IMG/VR virus record: IMGVR_UViG_3300042868_004707
Location: 51,250 to 115,249 of that record
Direction: 5' to 3' (one strand)
DNA from: a virus
Length of the DNA: 64,000 bases
Shown one piece after another: positions 29,281 to 37,483 of the stretch (positions are counted from its first letter, which is position 1; every line of letters starts with the position of its first letter). The translations under genes and the position numbers were made by a program. The notes beneath the pieces are model-generated. The model was not told the DNA's origin and made no database searches. It was given only the letters and a program-made list of their open reading frames with translations.

Positions 29281-31420
29281 ATTTAAAACTGAAGAAGAGT
29301 TTAAGAGAGATGGTCTTTGGAATAAAAACAGTCCTAAGAAATGGGTGTCAGTAATGAATAAATATCTTGGACAAGATATTCCTGATAGTCTTAATAAATA
29401 TTGTGATAGACAGGAAAAATTTAGATATGACAAACGGCACATTGAACCTCATGATTATGTCTTAAAAGAAATCCAATCTGAATACACTGTAGGTAAGTGG
29501 TATGGTTGTAAAAACTGGAATTCTCCAGTTGATTTTATTAAATTAGAAAGTGTTTATGATAGCCAGGCTTATTTTACAGAATGTCTTAATTCTGGAAACT
29601 ACAAAAAAGAAGGAAAAAATTGGTGGTCATTTACAACAGCTGATCCATTATTTGAAGCTGACATGTCTATTGTTAGTCATCTTCTTCCTGATGGACATCC
29701 TGATAAAATAGTTGCTGAAGAATCTTCTTTTGTTCTTCCTTCTAAATGGTGTATTAAACTTACTGAAGAAAATGTTGTAACATTAGGTAATTGGAGAAGT
29801 TCGGGACCTTTAAAATATAAACGCTATGTAGAAGAAGGTTGGTATTTACACACACCTAAACATGGTGCTAAAGGTTATAATGAATACATGAGAGACCCAG
29901 ATTATACAGAAATTACTTTTGAACAATTCAAACAACATGTATTAAAAGAATCTCCTGTTGTAGAAACAATTGTAGAAACTCTTAATCAAGAAGAAGATTA
30001 TACAGGTAGAACTATTAAAGCTTTAGTTAAAAATCCTCAAAATACTGGTGTACAATTAGGAGAAGAAATTAAAATTCTAATTAAAGAAAATAAAGATACT
30101 TATATATTAGATATAACTGCTAGAGGTGCAAGTAATATGCGTATTAATAGACCATTAGATCTTTCTGATTGGGAATTACTTCCTGAATCTTCTAAAGAAA
30201 TAGACATGAAAGACATTCAAGAAGAAGTTAAAAAAAGATTTCCTATTGGTTGTAAGTTTATTCCTGTATATGGTGATAACACTTACACATTAATAGAAGA
30301 TGATTGCACTTATAAAATTCATGGTGAATATATTTGGGCACATGATAGTCATGGACATCTTTATGGAGATGGTAAATGGGCAACATTAGTTTCTCTTCCT
30401 GAATCTAAAGAAGAATCTATTCCAGAATATGTAGAATGTATTAAATCTACTACAAACTGTTTTACTGTTGGTAAGATTTATAATTGGCCTTATCCTATAA
30501 ATGATCAAGGAGATAGAAGAGCTATTCCTATTCAAGGAACACTTTTTAGTTTCAAACCTTCTACAAAAGAAGCTTATGATGCTCAAAAAACATCTAAGCA
30601 ATTAGCAAAGAAAGACCTTGTTAAAGGAGAGATTTATATCTATGATGGTACACAAATTTCTACTTATCCAGAAGGTCCTAGCATTAGTATTAATGAACAG
30701 CATTACATCCCTAATCCAAAATGGATGTGGTCTTTATCTATTACACATGCAACAGAAGAGCAAAAAGCTTTGTTAAGACGTGAAATAGAAAGAAATAGTA
30801 AACCTGATGTAATGTGGTCTTCTGATCCTATTGTAGAACAAAGAATAAGCACTCTTAATATGAAAAAACAAAAATTTAAAATAGGAGATAAAGTTAAAAT
30901 TATCCAAAGAAAAACTAGTAATCGTACAGGAAATTGTCCAGGTTGGGACATAGCTAATGGTAATGTTGGTGAAATTGGTGTGATAACTTATTATTCAGAA
31001 CCAGTAAGACCTTATTATGTAAGCCAAATTGGTTCAGATGGATATATAGGTTCATTTGATGAAGAGGATTTAGAACTATATCAAAAAGAAGAAACCACTT
31101 TTTATTCTAATACTGAACTTGATTTTGGAAGATTAGATCTAGAAGATTGGTTAAGAGAAACTAAAAAATTAAATCTTTCTTTAAAAAAGCTAACTTTGCA
31201 TATTGAATGTGGCAATACTTGTAATTATTCAAAAGTTTATAATAAACTTGAATGTGAAGAAGATAGTCCACATAGTAGAGCCAAGTATTTGTATGAATTA
31301 TGGAATTCAAAACTTAAAAAAGACTTTATTGAAAAAGAAGTTATAAAAGAAACATTTATAGATAATGTGCAGTCTGTAGATGTAATATTACGCACAAAAA
31401 GAAAATCAATTAAATTTTAA
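29267..31420 (+). CDS. Large modular hypothetical protein
   Basis: 717 aa; N-terminal KYRFKTEEEF module shared with 36156. Confidence 0.75.
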   Translation: MSKYRFKTEEEFKRDGLWNKNSPKKWVSVMNKYLGQDIPDSLNKYCDRQEKFRYDKRHIEPHDYVLKEIQSEYTVGKWYGCKNWNSPVDFIKLESVYDSQAYFTECLNSGNYKKEGKNWWSFTTADPLFEADMSIVSHLLPDGHPDKIVAEESSFVLPSKWCIKLTEENVVTLGNWRSSGPLKYKRYVEEGWYLHTPKHGAKGYNEYMRDPDYTEITFEQFKQHVLKESPVVETIVETLNQEEDYTGRTIKALVKNPQNTGVQLGEEIKILIKENKDTYILDITARGASNMRINRPLDLSDWELLPESSKEIDMKDIQEEVKKRFPIGCKFIPVYGDNTYTLIEDDCTYKIHGEYIWAHDSHGHLYGDGKWATLVSLPESKEESIPEYVECIKSTTNCFTVGKIYNWPYPINDQGDRRAIPIQGTLFSFKPSTKEAYDAQKTSKQLAKKDLVKGEIYIYDGTQISTYPEGPSISINEQHYIPNPKWMWSLSITHATEEQKALLRREIERNSKPDVMWSSDPIVEQRISTLNMKKQKFKIGDKVKIIQRKTSNRTGNCPGWDIANGNVGEIGVITYYSEPVRPYYVSQIGSDGYIGSFDEEDLELYQKEETTFYSNTELDFGRLDLEDWLRETKKLNLSLKKLTLHIECGNTCNYSKVYNKLECEEDSPHSRAKYLYELWNSKLKKDFIEKEVIKETFIDNVQSVDVILRTKRKSIKF

Positions 31421-31431
31421 TCCTTAAAAAC

Positions 31432-31776
31432 ATGAACAAAATGAAAAGTTTCGTAAAAGAAGTAGTAGCAATCCTTTCAGGAGATGGAGCTGAAGCAACA
31501 GGTCAAAAAATCTTAAGACAAGCAGACAGTGCTTTAAAAACACAAATTGCTTCATTAAACGGAGATACAATCTCTTTAGAAGACAGAGTTGAAGATGCAC
31601 AAGAAGCATTAAGACTTGCAAGAGTGAACAATGGTAAGTTAATCACTGATAGAAATCAGTATGTTAGAAACTTACTTGATGCTAAAAATGCATTAGTTGA
31701 TGCTCAAGATGCTCTTGAAGTACATTTAGAGAAGATTGCTTTCTTACAAGAACAATATGATTCTTTAGATAAATAA
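31432..31776 (+). CDS. Coiled-coil hypothetical protein
   Basis: 114 aa heptad-like; TCCTTAA leader. Confidence 0.7.
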   Translation: MNKMKSFVKEVVAILSGDGAEATGQKILRQADSALKTQIASLNGDTISLEDRVEDAQEALRLARVNNGKLITDRNQYVRNLLDAKNALVDAQDALEVHLEKIAFLQEQYDSLDK

Positions 31777-31865
31777 TCAAACAAATTAAAAGCATGTGAT
31801 AAGAATAGATTAATATAACTAGGTTAATTAACTTATTTGGGGAAAGCGTCACATGCTTTTTTTAT

Positions 31866-31968
31866 TCCAGAGTGGCGAAATTGGTAGACGCAAGAAGTAA
31901 GCAATAAATGGGTTAGTTATACCTGCGAAGCTTCAATAACTGTACAGGTTCAAGTCCTGTCTTTGGAA
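31866..31968 (+). ncRNA. tRNA-Leu-like scaffold RNA without a canonical anticodon arm
   Basis: Acceptor TCCAGAG/CTTTGGA, D arm GCG-AAATTGGTAGA-CGC, T arm ACAGG-TTCAAGT-CCTGT, 51-nt non-canonical middle. Confidence 0.75.
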
Positions 31969-31994
31969 CTAATCCTTAATAAACATTAAATAAC

Positions 31995-32384
31995 ATGAAA
32001 GAAACATTTATTAGTACAATGAAGTATGAAGATGATTTTAAAACATCTTGTAAAACTGGTTGGGGATGTGGATATGTTCACATTCCAAAAGATCATCCAA
32101 TATTGGTTGAGCTTGAAGAAGGTTGGGGAAACTATTTACAACCTAAAGATTGTCCTGAAGAGATAACATACACTCGATGGGACAAAGAGAAAGAATATCT
32201 TGTAATAGGCTTTGATACAGCTCATATTTATAACAATGATTCACATGATGAAGCATATGTTACAGAACAAGCAAATGCAATTAAAGCATTAGTTGATGCA
32301 TACACAGATGAAGATGCAGATGCTTATGCTAGAGAACAAGTACGATTAATAACAGAGAAATATTCTAAATACATATTATTTTGA
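31995..32384 (+). CDS. Hypothetical protein
   Basis: GWGCGYVHIPKDHP...IGFDTAH, a common small phage protein pattern. Confidence 0.7.
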   Translation: MKETFISTMKYEDDFKTSCKTGWGCGYVHIPKDHPILVELEEGWGNYLQPKDCPEEITYTRWDKEKEYLVIGFDTAHIYNNDSHDEAYVTEQANAIKALVDAYTDEDADAYAREQVRLITEKYSKYILF

Positions 32385-32572
32385 GAACAGAAGAAATCCA
32401 ACAGAGATTACAAGATGTCAACATGGAGATACATTCATTAGACAGTCTTAAAGATGCACACGATGATGTGAACATACATATCATTGAGAAGAGAATAGAA
32501 GAGTTACAAGAAGAGAAGTTTAACCTACAACAATTATTAGATAATTGTTTTGATGAAATGATAGGATTATGA
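32381..32572 (+). CDS. Small coiled-coil protein
   Basis: 63 aa, TTG start overlapping the previous stop. Confidence 0.55.
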   Translation: MRTEEIQQRLQDVNMEIHSLDSLKDAHDDVNIHIIEKRIEELQEEKFNLQQLLDNCFDEMIGL

Positions 32573-32892
32573 CAGCAGTAGAATTTTTAGAAGAACAAAT
32601 AGAAAAATTTCATAATTGGAAATTAAATCAAGTATTTGATGAAAATTGTTTTGATGAAATAGAATTAAATAAAGCTATTCAACAAGCCAAAGAAATGGAA
32701 AAGGAACAAAAAGGTTATAGTGAGGAAGAAGTTGAAAAACTAATTAGAATAACTTACCAAGAAACGATGAAAGCGATGGTTGATTGGTTTAAAAACAATA
32801 AAGACAAAACACCACAAGATGCTGAATCAGCAATAATTAATTATGTTTATCCAAGATTATCAAAAAAAGGTATTAAATTTAAAAACAAATAA
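32569..32892 (+). CDS. Hypothetical modular protein
   Basis: MTAVEFL, QQAKEMEKEQ and YSEEEV modules. Confidence 0.65.
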   Translation: MTAVEFLEEQIEKFHNWKLNQVFDENCFDEIELNKAIQQAKEMEKEQKGYSEEEVEKLIRITYQETMKAMVDWFKNNKDKTPQDAESAIINYVYPRLSKKGIKFKNK

Positions 32893-32895
32893 GTT

Positions 32896-33066
32896 ATGAA
32901 AAATTTTATGTATTTGTTAATAACATTAATATTAACAGGGTTCGGTATAGGAGTTGCCTATTTACAAGTAAATTATGGAGAAGCTTGGTTTTTAGCTTTT
33001 ATTCCTTTAATGATTATGTATTTTGCTTGGGGAATTGTAATAGCAGATGAATATTCTTCTAAATAA
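32896..33066 (+). CDS. Small membrane protein (56 aa)
   Basis: Two hydrophobic segments; below the ORF-track cutoff. Confidence 0.5.
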   Translation: MKNFMYLLITLILTGFGIGVAYLQVNYGEAWFLAFIPLMIMYFAWGIVIADEYSSK

Positions 33067-33085
33067 CAATATTTAAAAATAAGAT

Positions 33086-33424
33086 ATGAAACAAACAGCA
33101 GAAGAAACTAAACAAAAGGCAAGAGATTATGGCAATAGTTTAATCAAACAAGATAGAACTTGCACTCATAATTGTTCCGCTGTATGCGGAGAATGTCAAA
33201 TATTAGAACCTAAACCATTGCTATCAGTAGATTGGTTATTGAGGTACATTGAGGGTTTAGCTAAGAAAGGTTATAATTTTATGCCAAGTTCTAATAAGGA
33301 AATAGTTGAACATGTTAAACAAATGGAAAAAGACAATATGATTAATTTTCTAAAATCAGTTTTTCAACAAGATGGTTTTGATTATGAAAAAGCTTATAAT
33401 AATTTTTTAAAACAACAAATCTAA
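33086..33424 (+). CDS. Hypothetical modular protein
   Basis: 112 aa, CxxC segment, VKQMEKD module. Confidence 0.6.
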   Translation: MKQTAEETKQKARDYGNSLIKQDRTCTHNCSAVCGECQILEPKPLLSVDWLLRYIEGLAKKGYNFMPSSNKEIVEHVKQMEKDNMINFLKSVFQQDGFDYEKAYNNFLKQQI

Positions 33425-33428
33425 AAAA

Positions 33429-33755
33429 ATGAAAGTATTAACAGCACAATTAGTAGCATCGAATAAAAGAGAAAGAATCTCTGGTGGTGTTTACGTTGAA
33501 TTTGAAACAACTGAAAATGTGAAAAAAGATGACTACTTTAAAGTAAAAGTAGAAGGCTTTAGTTATGATTTTAAAGCAAATGGAGTAAAAGTAGAAGGGG
33601 ATAAATTGAAAGTAACAGCAAGAGAAGTTGGATATTGGGTACAAAAACTTGACAGAAAGGGCGTTGATTTGAGATTGGTTATCGGAAGCGATGTAATTAC
33701 TGTTACTGATGAATTAGAAAAGGCTAAAATATACGAAAGGTCTTGCTGGTGTTAA
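33429..33755 (+). CDS. Hypothetical protein
   Basis: 108 aa ORF in the array. Confidence 0.6.
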   Translation: MKVLTAQLVASNKRERISGGVYVEFETTENVKKDDYFKVKVEGFSYDFKANGVKVEGDKLKVTAREVGYWVQKLDRKGVDLRLVIGSDVITVTDELEKAKIYERSCWC

Positions 33756-33809
33756 CAAATGTATTTATTATGAAAAAGCTTTTGAACAATTTAAAAACAA
33801 ATAAATATT

Positions 33810-34025
33810 ATGAAAACAGGAAAACTAATTGACCACCTTAGTCAAGATGAAAAAGATTGGTTACAATCAAGAATTGATAACCCAGACGTTTATACAATGC
33901 CTACAATGGATGAAGTAATTAATTATTTATCAAATACAGAAGATGATGAACCATCAGAAGAAGTAATGTATGATCTTATTATCCAGTATTTAGAAGATGA
34001 AGGTTTAATGTTTGATTTTTGTTAA
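33810..34025 (+). CDS. Acidic hypothetical protein
   Basis: 71 aa. Confidence 0.55.
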   Translation: MKTGKLIDHLSQDEKDWLQSRIDNPDVYTMPTMDEVINYLSNTEDDEPSEEVMYDLIIQYLEDEGLMFDFC

Positions 34026-34225
34026 ACTTTAAAAAAAAAAATAAGATATAATGATATTATATGTAATGATAACATACCTAGTTATGCTAGGTATGTTAAT
34101 TGAGTCTTTTAGAAAGACTCATAATGTACCAACAGAAGCTTGGATTATATGGGCATTAAGTCCAATATCATTTCCAGTGATAATTGGAATGGAAATAGCA
34201 GATAAACAACAAAAACCTAATTAAC

Positions 34226-34465
34226 ATGACAGACAAAGCATTATTGGAAAAACTTGAAATGCTAGAAGAATTAGCAATCAACCAAGACAAAGCGTTAAAA
34301 ACAGCAGATCAACTTCTTAATTTGAAAACAAAATTAGTTGAGCTATGTGAAGAAGAAGTGGAAATCTACAAGAAGGAAAACAAAAGATTAAGTAGAATAT
34401 TGTTTATTTGTGGTGTTGTATTGTTTATTAATGCTGTATTTGCTTTAATACGTTTACTTTCTTAA
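34226..34465 (+). CDS. Coiled-coil protein with C-terminal TM helix
   Basis: 79 aa. Confidence 0.6.
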   Translation: MTDKALLEKLEMLEELAINQDKALKTADQLLNLKTKLVELCEEEVEIYKKENKRLSRILFICGVVLFINAVFALIRLLS

Positions 34466-34650
34466 CACAATGAGGCCTAGAGTGAATAAAGGTACATTAG
34501 TGTGTTCAACTAATCCTTTTAGACATATTAAATCCAGACGATTAATCGTAGAAGTCTTATACAATTTCAGAAAAGGAATTGTAAAAGAGCGTATAATAGA
34601 TGTTCGAGAAAGACTTGAACAATAATTTTAATTCCTTAATAACAAACAAA

Positions 34651-35142
34651 ATGAGTGAAACAACAACAAGTATTTTTAGTTTTGACCATGGTCAAAAGAA
34701 ACTTCACAAAGCAATCGGTGTAGAAGATTCTTATTTAGATGATTTACAAGAACAAATTGGTGATGTGTTAAAAGATTATCTATTTGATGAAGATAGAAAC
34801 ATCAAAGATGATTTGTCACCAAGTGGACTAGTAGAAAAATGTCTTCATGAATTTAGTTATAACCAATTGGTTATAATGGCATCATTCTTCTTACAGAACA
34901 AGTTAGATGATTTTGCACAAAAGATGCATCAAAAACTTGAAGGAGCAGTTAAAAAGATTGCATTAGATGCAGATGATGTTCCTGAACATATTAGAGAGTT
35001 TCTTATGAATCTTGCTAAAGATGGACAAGGAGACAAAAAAGCAACTGCTGTTAGAGGTGAAGATCTTCCACAGGAGATTAAAGATTTTCTTGATGATCTT
35101 GCTCGTAAATCAGAAGATGCAGAAGATGATGATGAAGACTAA
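34651..35142 (+). CDS. Hypothetical protein
   Basis: Start MSETTT inferred from the TCCTTAATAAC leader; acidic tail. Confidence 0.65.
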   Translation: MSETTTSIFSFDHGQKKLHKAIGVEDSYLDDLQEQIGDVLKDYLFDEDRNIKDDLSPSGLVEKCLHEFSYNQLVIMASFFLQNKLDDFAQKMHQKLEGAVKKIALDADDVPEHIREFLMNLAKDGQGDKKATAVRGEDLPQEIKDFLDDLARKSEDAEDDDED

Positions 35143-35188
35143 TCCAACACGTAGAAATCTATCTGGTATATACATATTTGATGAATAA
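35132..35188 (+). pseudogene. Orphaned 5' fragment of the gene at 35877
   Basis: MKTNPTRRNLSGIYIFDE* versus MSKEIKRRNLSGIFIFDI downstream of the GIY-YIG gene. Confidence 0.7.
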
Positions 35189-35221
35189 TTTTTACTATCT
35201 TTACACCTAAAAGTAAAAGAT

Positions 35222-35872
35222 ATGAAAAGTGGTGTATATGTTATTAGAAACTCATTCAATAGTAAGATTTATGTTGGAAGTTCTGTTTATATTAGAAATA
35301 GATGGTCTTCACATAAAGGAGAATTGATTAAGAAAACTCATCATAATACTCATCTACAAAGATTTGTAAATAAAAATGGTTTTGAATGTTTGATATTCGA
35401 AGTGTTGGAGTTTTGTCCTATAGAAGATTTGTTAATAAGAGAACAATTTTATATGGATAAACTAAATCCTTCTTTTAATTTAAGAAAAGTTGCAGAATCT
35501 AATTATGGATTAAAAAAATCAGAAGATTGTAAAAGAAAAATTGGTTTAGCTCATAAAGGAAGAAAGCAAACAGAAGAACATAGAAGAAAAGGAAGTATTT
35601 CTAAAACAGGAATAAAACAATCAAAAGAAACTATTGAGAAGAGAGTTAGTAAATTACGTAACATACCTAGAACACAAGAAGTAAAAGATAAAATTTCTTT
35701 AAGTAAATTTAAATCAGTATGTCAATATACTCTAGAAGGAGATTTAATAGAATGTTTTGATTCAATTCAACATGCTAGAGAAAAATATCCTATAGGAGGA
35801 ATGCACATTACTTCTTGTTGCTCAGGTAAAAGAAAATCTGCATGTGGATTCACATGGAAATATAATATATGA
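35222..35872 (+). CDS. GIY-YIG homing endonuclease (NUMOD3/NUMOD1-type C-terminus)
   Basis: SGVYVI...IYVGSS...RW..H...REQFY. Confidence 0.9.
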   Translation: MKSGVYVIRNSFNSKIYVGSSVYIRNRWSSHKGELIKKTHHNTHLQRFVNKNGFECLIFEVLEFCPIEDLLIREQFYMDKLNPSFNLRKVAESNYGLKKSEDCKRKIGLAHKGRKQTEEHRRKGSISKTGIKQSKETIEKRVSKLRNIPRTQEVKDKISLSKFKSVCQYTLEGDLIECFDSIQHAREKYPIGGMHITSCCSGKRKSACGFTWKYNI

Positions 35873-35876
35873 AATA

Positions 35877-36113
35877 ATGAGTAAAGAAATCAAAAGAAGG
35901 AATTTGTCAGGTATTTTTATTTTTGACATTTTACCAGGCGATGAGAAAAGACAACCTACATGTTTTGAAGATTGTACAGAAGAAAAACAAGATGAATGGT
36001 TAGAAAGTTTATCTCCTGAAGCAGTTAAGAGTCTTTCTAAGCAATTAGCAAAGACATTAAGAACTATTGGTGATCAGTTTGACATCATTGCAGGATATGA
36101 AGAAGAAGAATAG
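35877..36113 (+). CDS. Hypothetical protein with replacement N-terminus
   Basis: 78 aa from ATG 35877. Confidence 0.65.
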   Translation: MSKEIKRRNLSGIFIFDILPGDEKRQPTCFEDCTEEKQDEWLESLSPEAVKSLSKQLAKTLRTIGDQFDIIAGYEEEE

Positions 36114-36119
36114 TTAATA

Positions 36120-36144
36120 AGAGAGCTGTAATGGCTCTCTTTTT
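36120..36144 (+). terminator. Intrinsic terminator
   Basis: AGAGAGC-TGTAATG-GCTCTCT-TTTT. Confidence 0.65.
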
Positions 36145-36155
36145 ATATCAAATTT

Positions 36156-37481
36156 ATGAAGAAATATAGATTTAAAACAAAAGAAGAGTTTCAAGATGAA
36201 GATCGTTGGCAATCTGATTCATGGGCAGGTCCACTTCGTGGTTATCCAAGTGGTTGGGCTGATAGTGGTGAAATGAATAAATATCTAGGTCAAGAAGTTC
36301 CAGATCAATATCATAAATATATTGAACAACAAGTAAGTTTCAGAATGGACAGTTTGCATTTTGAACCAGATGATGCTATAGAAGAACCAGAAGTAAACAT
36401 CGAAGAAACATTAGAACAAGTAAAACAATTAAACTCCTTAACAACAAAGAAAACAATGACAAAAACAGCAAAAACAACAGCAAAAAAGAATCCAGTAGCA
36501 GAGAAATTCGTATTCATGGACAAAACAGTTAATATTCTGAACGTAGGGTTTCAAACTCGTAAGAATGTTATTTTATATGGAGCTGGGGGCCACGGAAAAT
36601 CAGAGATAACTCTTGACTTCTTAAAAGCAAAAGGTATTGAGCCTTTCATCCAAACTATGGGTACAGGTATGACTACAGACAGATTGTTTGGTGGTCTTGA
36701 CATTCCTACATTCGAAACAACAGGTAAGATTGAATATCTTGTACACAATTCATTCATGAACCATGAATATGTTATCTTCGAAGAGTTGTTTGATGCTCCT
36801 GATTTCATCTTAGAGCAATTAAAAGACATTCTATCTAGTGGTGTATTCAGAAATGGTACACAGATATTTCCTATTAACACTAAATTCATCATCTGTTGTA
36901 CTAACAGAACTCGTGATGAATTCTCTAAGAACATGTCATTAAAAGCATTGATGGAGCGTTTTCCTCTTGAGCTTAATGTTATATGGGACAACTACACAGA
37001 AATCAGCTACAACAAGTTGCTTGAAAGTAAGTTTGGTGAAGGAGAAGTGGATCCAGTGATTCCTTATTTATTACAAGAGTATGCTAAGAATGGTATTACT
37101 ATTAGTCCTCGTGTTGCTGTAACAGCTTATCAAGTGTATGATGAATGTGGACCAGATTCTTTATCATTCATTGCAGAGTTTGCTAAAAAGCCTTCTTTAA
37201 TTGCTGAAGCAATCAAGAAGTTTGAATCAACAATCAAGTTTAGAGACTTGTCTGCAGCTATTACATATAGCATCGAAACTCTAACTAGCCTACCATTGGT
37301 AAGTAGAGATGATGAAAAAATGCATAAAGATGCTATTGGTTCACTTAAGAAACAATTAGCTGATATCAAAGGCCTAACTGTAGGTGATGATGTTGCACAC
37401 GTACATGCACAGCTTGTTAAAGCAGCTACATCTGCTGTTGAGAAATTTGAGAAAAACTTAACTATTGCTTCATTTGTATAA
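36156..37481 (+). CDS. MoxR/RavA-like AAA+ ATPase with an extra N-terminal module
   Basis: Walker A GAGGHGKS, Walker B VIFEEL, CCTN, ALMERF; probable second start at M101 (36456). Confidence 0.85.
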   Translation: MKKYRFKTKEEFQDEDRWQSDSWAGPLRGYPSGWADSGEMNKYLGQEVPDQYHKYIEQQVSFRMDSLHFEPDDAIEEPEVNIEETLEQVKQLNSLTTKKTMTKTAKTTAKKNPVAEKFVFMDKTVNILNVGFQTRKNVILYGAGGHGKSEITLDFLKAKGIEPFIQTMGTGMTTDRLFGGLDIPTFETTGKIEYLVHNSFMNHEYVIFEELFDAPDFILEQLKDILSSGVFRNGTQIFPINTKFIICCTNRTRDEFSKNMSLKALMERFPLELNVIWDNYTEISYNKLLESKFGEGEVDPVIPYLLQEYAKNGITISPRVAVTAYQVYDECGPDSLSFIAEFAKKPSLIAEAIKKFESTIKFRDLSAAITYSIETLTSLPLVSRDDEKMHKDAIGSLKKQLADIKGLTVGDDVAHVHAQLVKAATSAVEKFEKNLTIASFV

Positions 37482-37483
37482 TT

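Noticed and set aside
31908-31917. ATGGGTTAGT shared between the tRNA-like insert and the rIIA intron (about 58064)
   Set aside because: A single 10-mer match is expected by chance in 64 kb
34470-34625. Several hairpins suggesting an ncRNA
   Set aside because: A 51-codon ORF (MRPRVNKG...RERLEQ) spans it and I cannot tell the two explanations apart
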